This document shows positions 17,214 through 26,994 of a stretch of DNA of 64,000 nucleotides, in pieces. Both the position numbers and the translations under genes were made by a program. Within the stretch, counting starts at the first letter, position 1. Each line of letters begins with the position of its first letter. This DNA comes from Terrimicrobiaceae bacterium (lineage in GTDB: Bacteria > Verrucomicrobiota > Verrucomicrobiia > Chthoniobacterales > Terrimicrobiaceae), in NCBI GenBank assembly GCA_044342325.1, contig JBIIPZ010000002.1, positions 1-64,000 on the forward strand, in the 5' to 3' direction. The notes under the pieces are model-generated. The model searched no databases, was not told the DNA's origin, and worked only from the letters and a program-made list of their open reading frames with translations.

Positions 17214-18296
17214 ATGAAAATTCTCTTTCTGTCCAGCTATGCGCATCTCGTTTTGGAGCGAAGCACATCTCGGGTTTCGGGTGGGGCGGAGTTGCAGGTG
17301 GCTTTGCTTGCGCGTGAATTGGCGAGGCGGGGAGTCGAGGTTGTGATCGTTGGTGGCGATACCGGTCAGCAGGATGGTATCGTTATTGAAGGCGTCAAAA
17401 TCCGCTCCGGGGGACAATTCCATAGTGGCAATCCCGTCGCCATGTTGGCTTCGATACCCAAGGTGTTTTCAGTGATACGGGAGGAGCTGCCCGACTGGGT
17501 GTTTCTTTTAGGGTGGACGGCTTGGATGGCTATCGTCGTGGCTATGCGTGGAATGTTGAGTTATCGGGCGGGTTTTATTTGTGGCTTGGATAGTGAGCTG
17601 ACGGGTGACTTCCGGCGTGAGAATCCGGTGCGCGGCGGGTTGTTTGAGTGGGGTGTGGCGAAGTGTGATCTCCGATACGCCATGACCGAGCATCAGCGTT
17701 TGCTTTTTGCGAAGAGGGGATGGAGTTGCGGTATGTATCGAAATCTCATCCTGCCGAGAGCTTTTGAGCATGTGGGTGCAAAGACGGTGGATTTCCTTTG
17801 GGTCTCGCGCTGTCAACCAGTGAAGCGGCCGCATATTTTTCTCGATCTGGTGGAGGCCTTGCCTGGCAGCTCTTTTGAAATGGTGTGTCCGCGTGAGGAC
17901 GTGGGCCTCTGGAACAGCGTGGCCAAGCGGGCGGCGAGCCTGCCTAATTTGCGCTTCATCGAAAAAGTCCCCTACCACGAAATCCAGAGCCACTACGATG
18001 CGGCACGGGTTTTTGTGAATACCTCCGAGTGGGAGGGGTGGCCAAACAGCTTCATCCAGGCTGGGCTGGGGCGGACGGCTTTGCTTTCGTTGGATGTGAA
18101 TCCGGATGGGATTTTCGAGCGCTTCGGACTGGGGCGTTGTGCGGCGGGGGATTTTGAGAAGCTCAAGGCCGATGCTCGGAGCATGATCAGCGATGCGGCT
18201 GCGCTTGAAGGAATGCAGGTGGGATGCGCGCGCTTTGTCGCCGAAATGCACGACAACGCAAAAGAGACTGAGGCTTTTCTGGCGGAGCTTCGTTAG
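17214..18296 (+). CDS. Glycosyltransferase family 4 (GT-B)
   Basis: SGGAELQ N-motif, KRP, FVNTSEWEGWPNSFIQA. Confidence 0.9.
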   Translation: MKILFLSSYAHLVLERSTSRVSGGAELQVALLARELARRGVEVVIVGGDTGQQDGIVIEGVKIRSGGQFHSGNPVAMLASIPKVFSVIREELPDWVFLLGWTAWMAIVVAMRGMLSYRAGFICGLDSELTGDFRRENPVRGGLFEWGVAKCDLRYAMTEHQRLLFAKRGWSCGMYRNLILPRAFEHVGAKTVDFLWVSRCQPVKRPHIFLDLVEALPGSSFEMVCPREDVGLWNSVAKRAASLPNLRFIEKVPYHEIQSHYDAARVFVNTSEWEGWPNSFIQAGLGRTALLSLDVNPDGIFERFGLGRCAAGDFEKLKADARSMISDAAALEGMQVGCARFVAEMHDNAKETEAFLAELR

Positions 18297-18309
18297 CGAT
18301 TTAGCAGAC

Positions 18310-18572
18310 TTCTTTTTCAATTTCAGCGTTTGGTTCAGGAGTGGAAGTTAGGCAATGTCCTTCGGGCGGCGAATGTGCCTTTTGCTGGCTATAATTCTTT
18401 GCAGCGGTAGGACGCGGATTTGTCGTCCAAGCCAGATGTCGGTATCCAAGGTCGTGGCGGGGACTCCTTGCAGAATGGCAGTCGTCATTCCGGCGAATTG
18501 AAACCGAATGCCTTCCTCTGCGAGCGCGTCAATAAGCCGAGCGAGCGCAGATGGGCTTGGTGCATCGCCCAT
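18310..18572 (-). pseudogene. Internally deleted nucleotidyltransferase (MNT/DUF6036-like toxin) pseudogene
   Basis: The N-motif AGMTTAILQGVPATTLDTDIWL is joined directly to the C-motif RVLPLQRIIASKRHIRRPKDIA. An in-frame TAA is followed by a plausible continuation LPLLNQTLK. Confidence 0.65.
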
Positions 18573-18661
18573 CTTTCGTCGGGTGTGGCGGACAGGCTTC
18601 GGGCGAACAGGATTCTTTCGTGCTCGCTGAGGCCGGGGACTTTTTTCAGAAGCTTCTCCAT
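18485..18661 (-). CDS. Small antitoxin-like partner protein
   Basis: MEKLLKKVPGLSEHERILFARSLSATPDERWAMH. Overlaps the NTase remnant in the same arrangement as 61126/61319. Confidence 0.55.
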   Translation of the reverse strand: MEKLLKKVPGLSEHERILFARSLSATPDERWAMHQAHLRSLGLLTRSQRKAFGFNSPE

Positions 18662-18783
18662 GCTCTGGCGTTTTTTTTCACCTGCCAAAGGCTATGCCGC
18701 TCCACTCGATGAGTTAACGCGCCGCGCCCGGGCACCTCAGAGGCTCGCGAACTTTTACTGAACTTTTTTCGCAGCGATTCCGG

Positions 18784-19293
18784 CTAAGGCAGTATCCGAG
18801 CCAACACGCTGATTGGCACATCCTGCAGCATCGTGCGCTCCAGCATTTCAAAACTGCAGCGCTGAAAGAGCTTTTCTGCGGACTCCGTGAAAACATGCAA
18901 CCGCTTCGCTCCTGCAGCAGCTGCAAGCTCGATAGCAGCTTGCACAAGCTCCAAGCCATGTCCGCGCCCTCGCCTCTGCGGAACAACATAGAGACTTGCC
19001 AGCCATGGATCCAAATCCAGCCGCACCGGACAGTCGCCGAAAACCACGCTCACCGACCCAACCAACTCCATCCCCTCATGCAAAACAAGGGTCGCAGGCA
19101 AGGAGCCATCCGCTTTTTGATTCAAAAACTCTGCAAGAGCACTCCGCTCATCCCAATCCGCGTAAAGATGTTTCCACTCCGCAGCATGTAAAGTAGCCAG
19201 CTCATCACGAAAAAATGGAACATCCGCAAGGTGCGAAATCATAGGGCGACAGACTCTAAAAAATGCATCTCCGGTCAAAGGGTCTATGACCAC
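18784..19293 (-). CDS. GNAT family N-acetyltransferase
   Basis: PWLASLYVVPQRRGRGHGLELV acetyl-CoA-binding motif A. Confidence 0.9.
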   Translation of the reverse strand: MVIDPLTGDAFFRVCRPMISHLADVPFFRDELATLHAAEWKHLYADWDERSALAEFLNQKADGSLPATLVLHEGMELVGSVSVVFGDCPVRLDLDPWLASLYVVPQRRGRGHGLELVQAAIELAAAAGAKRLHVFTESAEKLFQRCSFEMLERTMLQDVPISVLARILP

Positions 19294-20603
19294 AATTTAG
19301 AAGCCATGTAAAGAGGGAGGTGGCGTTTGGCTCCACCGGCCTGTCCGCGTGGGACTTTGCCGCTGAGGAGGAAGGAGAACGGAGGTTGGTATTTGGCCTG
19401 AAAGGAGGCGAGGCTTTTGGACTGGGTGACTTGGCCCGATTTCACCTCCACAGGAATCGCCCGGCCTTCGTGCTCGCAAAGAAACTCCACTTCAGCCTGT
19501 CCTTCCCGCCAACAAGCGGTCTGCCAACCGAGGGCGTGGAATTCCTGCGCAACGAAATTTTCAGCGTAGTAGCCTTTGTAGGAACCATAGTCCTGACGTA
19601 AGATGTTCGTTATGGGCAGTCGGCTCAAGGCTCCCAGCAGACCGGTATCGAAAACGAACAGTTTGAAAAAATTCTCCTTCGAATGTGCAGCGAAGGGGAG
19701 GTGGCCACTGTTGACGATCGGATGCCGGAGAATCAGCCCTGCAGCCTGTAGCCAGTCGATCACGCCGGCCATTCGGTCGTAGCCACGCAGACCGGGTATG
19801 GCTTCCTTGAAGGCGAACTTCGGCGCGGATCCCGTCTGGTCACGGCTCAACTGCGCGGGGATGTTTTGCCACAGCCTCTCGAGGTGCATGGCATTTTGCT
19901 TGCCGCAATGCTTGGCCATATCGGCAAGGTGGTTTGTTGTGAGCCGCTCTTGGATTTTTCGGACCTCCTCGCAGGCCCGCCACAAGTCGGAACGCAGGGA
20001 TTGGAAAGCGGCAACCACCTCTGGCATTCCCCCAACGGCAAGATAAATCGTGAATTCCCTCCACAGCAAACCATGCACAGCCTCGCTCGGCAGATTCGTT
20101 GCGGAGAGGCTTTGGAAATGCGCAGCCAAGGCGGGATCCGGCCCCGCGAGCAGGAACTCCTCGAAAGTCATTGGCACCATTTTCAACTCCTCGACTTTGC
20201 CAACCGGATAAGAAAAATCGCCCAAATGAACCCCGAGAAGCGATCCGGCCGCACAGATCGCGAGGGCTGGCATCTGCTCCGCGAAATATTTCAGCGAGGT
20301 CAACGCACGCGGGCATTCCTGGATTTCATCAAAAAAAAGAAAATCCGCAGAGGCATCGAGCGGGCGCCCCTGCACAAGAGCCAGTTCCTGCAAAATGCGG
20401 GACGGATCCAACGATCCCTGGAAGACATCGCCGAACAGCGGATTCTGCTCAAAGTTGATGATGTGACTGGCAGAAAACGAGCGCCGTCCAAAATGATCCA
20501 GCGCATAGGTCTTCCCAACCTGACGAGCTCCCAGCACCACAAGGGGTTTCCGCTGGGGCCTTACCCTCCATTGCTCCAACGCCGTTTCGATGCAACGCCT
20601 CAT
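19284..20603 (-). CDS. AAA+ ATPase with DUF4143 domain
   Basis: RKPLVVLGARQVGKT, FFDEIQECP, AAGSLLG, GGMPEVV, FKLFVFDTGLL, IPVEVKSG. Confidence 0.92.
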   Translation of the reverse strand: MRRCIETALEQWRVRPQRKPLVVLGARQVGKTYALDHFGRRSFSASHIINFEQNPLFGDVFQGSLDPSRILQELALVQGRPLDASADFLFFDEIQECPRALTSLKYFAEQMPALAICAAGSLLGVHLGDFSYPVGKVEELKMVPMTFEEFLLAGPDPALAAHFQSLSATNLPSEAVHGLLWREFTIYLAVGGMPEVVAAFQSLRSDLWRACEEVRKIQERLTTNHLADMAKHCGKQNAMHLERLWQNIPAQLSRDQTGSAPKFAFKEAIPGLRGYDRMAGVIDWLQAAGLILRHPIVNSGHLPFAAHSKENFFKLFVFDTGLLGALSRLPITNILRQDYGSYKGYYAENFVAQEFHALGWQTACWREGQAEVEFLCEHEGRAIPVEVKSGQVTQSKSLASFQAKYQPPFSFLLSGKVPRGQAGGAKRHLPLYMASKLWS

Positions 20604-20736
20604 GTATCAAAAAATACACATCCGATCAAAAAGTGGTATCAAAAAATTTCAAAATTAGAATTTTAATAGATAACTTGGGTCTTTGTTCGCGCAAGGCAAG
20701 GGATTCGCGCCTTGGTCGGCGTTTTGCTTGAAGTCG

Positions 20737-21024
20737 TTACTTCCGCAAAAGCACCATGGTGTCTTTGTAAACCTTTCGTCCGATGCTTTCACCAAGGACA
20801 GTCAACTTCGTGACATCCTCCAGTGCAGCAAACTCCATCAACCCTTCCGCAAATTCAATAGCATCCTCAGCATTGGAAAATCCCCAATGAATATCCCGGA
20901 AACCATCAAACTCTGGCGACTCATAAGGGGCCATATTCGCTTTTTCGAGAATACGCTCATAGAGGTCGGGCGGGGTCGATCGGCTTCTATGCCAGATAAT
21001 TACATCGTAAGCGGGTAAGGTCAT
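20737..21024 (-). CDS. Hypothetical protein (95 aa)
   Basis: ATG-started ORF with protein-like composition, co-oriented between the helicase and the ATPase. Confidence 0.55.
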   Translation of the reverse strand: MTLPAYDVIIWHRSRSTPPDLYERILEKANMAPYESPEFDGFRDIHWGFSNAEDAIEFAEGLMEFAALEDVTKLTVLGESIGRKVYKDTMVLLRK

Positions 21025-21111
21025 AGGGTTGATTTTTCTAAGCTACGGTCAATGCAAAGGGATTGCTTTGGAAAATATATCAATGTGTGTGTGCGCTTTA
21101 TGTTTTATCTA

Positions 21112-24100
21112 TCAATTCATGGTCATGATGCGAAGCAATCCATCTTGAGCAATAATCTTGCCGATCTCGCGCAGATACTTGATCTGCGCCTGGATCACAA
21201 GACGCAGTGTGGAGCTGGTTGTCTTAAAACCAAGGAGTCTTGCCACTGTTTGCGTGATCTCGATTTCCCCGGCCCCGTGGTGTTCAGAAATGACTTTTTC
21301 AATTGCCGCTCGGATTTCCTGAGGCGGCAAAAAATTCGGTTTTCGCAGGCTGTTTGAGCGCGCAACTTCACGATTACGAACCGGAACGATGGTTCCCGGC
21401 AGTAACAAGCACTCTTCTTCACGCTGACAACGCTGCAAGAGAACAAGGGCGCGAATGCCATCGGCTACGCTGTCTTGAATACGCGAACCAGCGCGGCCCA
21501 AACCCCACAGGTCGCGGACGCGAACGGTGAGCTCCTCTTGGTGAATGGGGCTTTCGATCTCGAGGATTTTGAAAATCACTTCTGCCATCTTGTAGGGTGA
21601 AAGCTCCTGCGGGGGTGTTCTATGCGGCACATTAAAAGCGGCCTCGATATACGGCACAGACAATAATGAATCAGTTTTAACCGCTATATCCCGCTTAATT
21701 TCCTCCTCTTCATTTTCAGTTTTATGAAATATCGGGGATGACTCTAGCAGAGAGAGTTTGGCTTTTTCTATCGCTGCGGCTACTTTGCGAAGTTGCTCGC
21801 CAGGACGCTGGAACCAATCGGTGCTCCAAATTCGATGAATGATCCATCCATGATCTTCTAAGACGGATTGACGGAGTCGGTCACGGTCTCGAGCTGATCG
21901 GGAGGAGTGATAAGCCGCACCGTCGCACTCGATGCCGAGAATGTAGCGCCCAGGCTTTTCAGGATCAACGACACCCAAGTCAACAAAGAATCCTGCGACG
22001 CCCACCTGAGGATGAACTTCATAACCGAGGGCTTCGACTGCTCGCCTCACAGCCTCTTCAAATGGAGACATTTCCTTGCCGACAGACTCCGCTGGAGCGG
22101 TAAGGATACCAGTTTCAGCAAACTTCAAGAATGTCTTAAAGGATCGCACTCCGCGTCCGGTTACACGCGCCAAATCAATATCATCGGCACGGAGCGAAGC
22201 GAAAACAACGCAGCAGCGTTTCGCTCTAGAAATAAGCACATTCAGGCGCCGCTCACCTCCTTCGTTGCTGAGCGGGCCGAAGTTCATTGCCAGGTAGCCG
22301 CTCGAATCTGGCCCGTAACCCACGGAGATAAAAATGACATCCCGTTCGTCACCTTGCAAATTTTCAAGATTCTTAACAAAAAAAGGCTCATGAGGATGTG
22401 ATTGGAAAAAGTTTTCCACATCTGGCTGTTCGCGCCTGAGAAGTTCGAGTTCATCCTCTATAGCCTGCTGCTGCTTGATCGAAAATGCCGCGACTCCAAG
22501 ACTGAGTTTGGGATTGTGCCGGGCATGTTCGAGAATGGCTTTGCAAACAGCGCGGGCCTCGACCCGGTTTGTGCTTGATCCACCCCGATCGTAGATGCCG
22601 CCTTTTACGAATTGAAATTCGATTCCAAGCCCTGCGCTGGCTGTATGCGGACTCGGAACGATGAATAGTTTGTCCTCGTAGAACTCGCGATTCGACACGG
22701 CAATCAGCGAGTGGTGTCGGCTTCTGTAGTGCCACCTCAGCATTGTTTCAGGCAGTCCCCGCGCGCAGCAAAGCCCGAGGATACTTTCCACATCTTTCGC
22801 CTGCGCGGCGGAGGGCGATTCTTCGTCGCTCAAATCCTCTTCGTCATCCTCATTGCTCGTGAGGCGCGAAAAAAAGCGCGTTGGCGGCAACTGCTTGCTG
22901 TCGCCAACAACGACATGCTGGGTAGCACGGGCGAATGCGCCTAGCGCATCCACAGGTTGGACCTGACTAGCTTCATCGATGACAAGCAAATCAAAGTGCA
23001 CCGAACCTGGTTCGAGATATTGCGCCACAGATAAAGGGCTCATCATAAAGACAGGCTTTATTGCCTGCACGACGGAGCCAGCGTCCTTGAGAAGTTTGCG
23101 GACGGGTCGATGTCCCCGCTTTCGTTCGAGTTCGCCAAGGAGAATGCCGGTTGCGCCAGCACCCGCATGGCGAGCAGGTATTCCTTCGTAGTGCTTCGCG
23201 AGCACTCGATATTTAGCCAGCGTAAGCCGCTCCAGATCTGCACGCCGAAAATCCTCTATTACCCTCTCATGCTCAAGGCCATCAAATTGCGCTAGCTCCG
23301 GATGTGTCTTGACTGCCTCTCGCAACAAACGCGAAAAATACGCGCGATCGAAGATATCCGCTGCCGAATTGTGAGATAAGCTGGCATTCTCCAGTGAATC
23401 AACAAGGGAGCCGAGACCAAGCTGTCTTGCCCGCACTGCTCGCGTGAACCAAGTATTCCAGCGGGTTAGGTCTTCTAAGGTTTCGAGCCATTGCCCAAGA
23501 CGACAAGAAAGAGATTCAATCGAAATATCTTCCAGCCTTTCGATACCAAATGCAGTTGAGAGATTTAAGGCAACTGCGTCTTTAACTGCCTCGGAGCATT
23601 GCCAAGCTTCCCCGATAAGTAATTCGAGGGCATCGCTTAAAGATCCAAAGTTTTTACTCCGATCAATCTCCAAAAAATTCCTGCGAAATTCGCTGCTTAC
23701 AAAAAATTGACTTTCCCCAGTGCTGATCCATTCAATTATTGAAGATAGTTGATCCCACGCCGAGTCCTCGCCCTTCCATAAGCTACCGAAGGCCTGCTTT
23801 CCCATCTCGTCTCCAGCGCGAATTCCCATCAAATGTTTGCGGACAAGAGCTACATCATCAAGAAGAGCTACTCGCTCGGCATGGCTTTTTGGGGGCTCAC
23901 TTCGGGTTATTCCACGAAGCGTGGACATGGCTTGACGGAAATCTCCATTCACGAATCTAAAAATGGATTGCCCGTGTGCCGCTATACTTGCGCGAGCCGA
24001 GCTGAAATCGCTTTCAAAAGCTGCATCGGTAACGATGGACGCGAGATTCTGGCGAAGGACAGTCGCTTCGTGTCCATGATTAACGATTACGCGAACAAGT

Positions 24101-25857
24101 TCGATGCCTGTGTCCCAAATTTCATGGCCAAGAACGGATGGATCAAGTGCTGGTGCGGAAGCCAGATGATTTGCCATTCTACGCAAAATCTCGATTTCAG
24201 AAAATGTGGAGGGTTCGGGTTGACATAAAAAAGAGCCGAGTTCTTTTGCTGCCTCAAGGAGCGGGGGCAGTGCCTTGGAAAGTCGCTCCAACTTTTGACG
24301 AATGGGAGGCAGGTCGATATTTAGGATTACTTCGCGTTCAACACCGCGCCACGGATGAGAGGATGGAGTTCCCATTTGATCAATCCGCTTTACAAGCTCC
24401 GCTATGATACCGCGACGCTCCCGCAGCGCATTCTCATCCCAATTGTCGGCACCTGAAAAATCCGGCTCAACAAAATCTCGGCCTCTCTCACCGAGTAGAG
24501 CCAATGAACCAAAAATTCGAAATGGAGTGGTGCCTGCTGCTCCGATCGGGGCATGCAGCATTGCCACATGTCCATTAAGACGCGCCCGAGATTGCTCAAG
24601 TTGCGAGATAACCACCTCAAGCTCCTCGCCACGAGGGCGGCCAAGTTGCCAAGTGCGTCCGATTTCATCGAGCACTGCGCGCTTATGTGCTTTATGGCTG
24701 TGGAGTTCGAGGCACACGGAACCGAGTCCAGCAGCTTCCAGTCGACGCTTGACTACTTGCAGGGCAGCAAGTTTTTCAGCAACGAAAAGCACCTTTTTTC
24801 CATCAAGCACTGCTGTTGCTATGAGATTCGTAATCGATTGGCTCTTGCCGGTGCCAGGTGGCCCCTGAATCACTAAACTTCTGCCTGCTCGCACCATCTC
24901 GATTGCAATTGTTTGGGAGCCATCCGCATCTACGACATGATCCAAACGCGATGCAGGTATAATTTCATCAAGATGCCCATCGCTTGGAAATGGCGAGTCT
25001 GTTGCCGGGAAGCCATCGCAAAGCAAGTTCTCAAGAGTTGGGGTGAGCAACAAATCCGGAGCAGGCCAAGTGCGAGGATCTAGGTCGCGATACATCAGGA
25101 ATTTCGCAAAAGAGAAGAATCCGAGTAACATGGCGTCGGCCTGCACTTCCCAGCGCTCTTGACCAGCTAAAGTGCCAGAAACAGCTTTGGCATAGCTTGA
25201 GGGAATGAGTTCGTCCTCAGGTGGGAACTTCGGCAGTTCAATTCCGAATTCCGCCCGTAATTTTGCAGCAAGCGATAGGTTTTCCTGCACATCCTCCTCA
25301 CGCCAAGTGAGAGTGAATCGCTCGCTGGCGCTTTTCCGCTTTAGTTCCACAGGAACAAGGATCAAAGGAGCATAGCGAGGCGTGTCTGATTTTTCAGTTT
25401 CAAACCACTTCAACCTCCCAAGTGCGAGGTAGAGCACATTTACACCTTGCTCCTCAATGATGGACCGAGCATCCCTGTAGAGCGAGAGCAGACGCTTCTG
25501 CAGGCCATCGGAGCTTAGAGATGTCTGTAGTTTGGTATCATGGCGATGACCTATGCCCCCGGATTCTTCGTTTTCATCAGGTAGGGGAAGACTGGCATTG
25601 TCTTCGTCGAGATCAGTTTCGGTATCAACTGCAACATTTTTCGATGGGTTCCGAGGTTGCCGATCAATCCTCGGAATCAACGAGAAAGACTTTTTTTCAC
25701 CAACCAGCAAACGGAAAACTGGATCGCTTTTCTCATCCCAGACGTGAACTACGCGAGCTGACTTCGTCTCTACAGGCATCGAAAGCAAACGATTTCTCGT
25801 CGAAAGATCGAGAAGCTCGCTTCGGGTTTCATCGAGGATTTGTTGAAGGGAAGGCAT
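21112..25857 (-). CDS. DUF4011 - SF1 (DNA2/NAM7-like) helicase - Vsr/MTES_1575-like nuclease - DUF3320 protein; Hhe-like anti-phage candidate
   Basis: LLDLSTRNRLL, EEQGVNVLYLALG, GPPGTGKSQSITN, DEASQV, VVVGDSKQLPPT, HYRSRH, ENLQGDERD, RRLNVLISRAK, IECDGAAYHSSRSARDRDRLRQ, IHRIWSTDW. Confidence 0.9.
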   Translation of the reverse strand: MPSLQQILDETRSELLDLSTRNRLLSMPVETKSARVVHVWDEKSDPVFRLLVGEKKSFSLIPRIDRQPRNPSKNVAVDTETDLDEDNASLPLPDENEESGGIGHRHDTKLQTSLSSDGLQKRLLSLYRDARSIIEEQGVNVLYLALGRLKWFETEKSDTPRYAPLILVPVELKRKSASERFTLTWREEDVQENLSLAAKLRAEFGIELPKFPPEDELIPSSYAKAVSGTLAGQERWEVQADAMLLGFFSFAKFLMYRDLDPRTWPAPDLLLTPTLENLLCDGFPATDSPFPSDGHLDEIIPASRLDHVVDADGSQTIAIEMVRAGRSLVIQGPPGTGKSQSITNLIATAVLDGKKVLFVAEKLAALQVVKRRLEAAGLGSVCLELHSHKAHKRAVLDEIGRTWQLGRPRGEELEVVISQLEQSRARLNGHVAMLHAPIGAAGTTPFRIFGSLALLGERGRDFVEPDFSGADNWDENALRERRGIIAELVKRIDQMGTPSSHPWRGVEREVILNIDLPPIRQKLERLSKALPPLLEAAKELGSFLCQPEPSTFSEIEILRRMANHLASAPALDPSVLGHEIWDTGIELVRVIVNHGHEATVLRQNLASIVTDAAFESDFSSARASIAAHGQSIFRFVNGDFRQAMSTLRGITRSEPPKSHAERVALLDDVALVRKHLMGIRAGDEMGKQAFGSLWKGEDSAWDQLSSIIEWISTGESQFFVSSEFRRNFLEIDRSKNFGSLSDALELLIGEAWQCSEAVKDAVALNLSTAFGIERLEDISIESLSCRLGQWLETLEDLTRWNTWFTRAVRARQLGLGSLVDSLENASLSHNSAADIFDRAYFSRLLREAVKTHPELAQFDGLEHERVIEDFRRADLERLTLAKYRVLAKHYEGIPARHAGAGATGILLGELERKRGHRPVRKLLKDAGSVVQAIKPVFMMSPLSVAQYLEPGSVHFDLLVIDEASQVQPVDALGAFARATQHVVVGDSKQLPPTRFFSRLTSNEDDEEDLSDEESPSAAQAKDVESILGLCCARGLPETMLRWHYRSRHHSLIAVSNREFYEDKLFIVPSPHTASAGLGIEFQFVKGGIYDRGGSSTNRVEARAVCKAILEHARHNPKLSLGVAAFSIKQQQAIEDELELLRREQPDVENFFQSHPHEPFFVKNLENLQGDERDVIFISVGYGPDSSGYLAMNFGPLSNEGGERRLNVLISRAKRCCVVFASLRADDIDLARVTGRGVRSFKTFLKFAETGILTAPAESVGKEMSPFEEAVRRAVEALGYEVHPQVGVAGFFVDLGVVDPEKPGRYILGIECDGAAYHSSRSARDRDRLRQSVLEDHGWIIHRIWSTDWFQRPGEQLRKVAAAIEKAKLSLLESSPIFHKTENEEEEIKRDIAVKTDSLLSVPYIEAAFNVPHRTPPQELSPYKMAEVIFKILEIESPIHQEELTVRVRDLWGLGRAGSRIQDSVADGIRALVLLQRCQREEECLLLPGTIVPVRNREVARSNSLRKPNFLPPQEIRAAIEKVISEHHGAGEIEITQTVARLLGFKTTSSTLRLVIQAQIKYLREIGKIIAQDGLLRIMTMN

Positions 25858-26267
25858 TCTGTGAGGCGTAATAGCGGGATTGCATTAATTATTTATATTT
25901 AACACTCTGCAACGTATTATTAAAGCGTGCTTTTAAAACGTCTGACAATAGCGAATCGCCTTGCGGAAACAAGAAAATTTTTGGTATCCGAGAAGCAGGT
26001 GGCTGACATGGTTTGTGGCACGGTCGCCCGGAGCTACAGCGGAAAGCAGCATGCCGAAGTGTATCGCCCCCCTAATTTCCCATCGGAAAATCTATGTGCA
26101 GGTATGGCCGAGATAAAAAGAAGCCCCGGCTCTATCCCTTTCGGGAAAGCACACCATACGGTGTCGGTTCGAGCCGGGGCCAATTCCGGAGAAACTGAAG
26201 CATGATTTTATGAATCCACCAACATTTTCTTTAGAACTACAGAGTCTGAGGAGTTGAGCAGGAGAGC

Positions 26268-26831
26268 TTACAACTCCAAAAAATTCTTCAGCATCTGCTT
26301 CCCGTGCTGGGTGAGGATGGATTCGGGGTGGAATTGGACGCCGTAGACGGGCAATTCGCGGTGGGCGAGGCCCATGATTTCGCCTTCGGCGGTTTCTGCG
26401 GTGATTTTGAGGCAGGGGGGGAGGGTTTCGCGTTTGACGATGAGGGAGTGGTAGCGAGTGGCTTCGAAGGGGCTGGGGAGGCCGGTGAAGACATTCTCGC
26501 CGGTGTGTAGGATGGGGGAGGTTTTGCCGTGCATGAGACGCGGGGCACGGATGACTTCGCCGCCGAAGACCTGGCCGATGCTCTGGTGGCCGAGACAGAC
26601 TCCGAGGATGGGGATTTTTCCGCTGAATTCGCGGATGGTGTCGCAACTGATGCCGGCCTCGGTGGGTGAGCAGGGGCCGGGGGAGACGACGATTTTTTCG
26701 GGCGCGATTTTTGCGATATCGGCGGTGGTGATCTCGTCGTTGCGCTTCACGAGCAGGTCGGCGCCGAGTTCACCGAAATACTGAACGAGGTTGTAGGTGA
26801 AGGAATCGTAGTTATCGATGACGAGGATCAT
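26268..26831 (-). CDS. trpG: Anthranilate synthase component II (glutamine amidotransferase)
   Basis: [36 protein letters not shown]; adjacent to trpE. Confidence 0.93.
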   Translation of the reverse strand: MILVIDNYDSFTYNLVQYFGELGADLLVKRNDEITTADIAKIAPEKIVVSPGPCSPTEAGISCDTIREFSGKIPILGVCLGHQSIGQVFGGEVIRAPRLMHGKTSPILHTGENVFTGLPSPFEATRYHSLIVKRETLPPCLKITAETAEGEIMGLAHRELPVYGVQFHPESILTQHGKQMLKNFLEL

Positions 26832-26849
26832 GCGAGTGCGAAAAGAGGT

Positions 26850-26991
26850 TTAACCACGGAGGACACGGAGATCACGGAGGTGGGGGAAAAGAGGATTGTT
26901 TGGAAATTTTTTAAGAATGAAGGCTGGGAAATTCTGAAGCTAACCGAAAACTCTTCTCCCCCTCCGTGTTCTCCGTGTCCTCTGTGGTTAA
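26850..26991. repeat. MITE-like element: 31-bp inverted repeats around ~80 bp
   Basis: 26850-26880 TTAACCACGGAGGACACGGAGATCACGGAGG versus the reverse complement of 26961-26991, with 2 mismatches. Confidence 0.85.
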
Positions 26992-26994
26992 TAA

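Noticed and set aside
16915..17217. 100-aa ORF; FFEIEVIALAERW faintly resembles a GT2 C-terminus
   Set aside because: The similarity is too short to support a call.
25927..26205. 92-aa ORF or possible gene remnant between the helicase and trpG
   Set aside because: No recognisable motif in the frames I read and no clear start signal.
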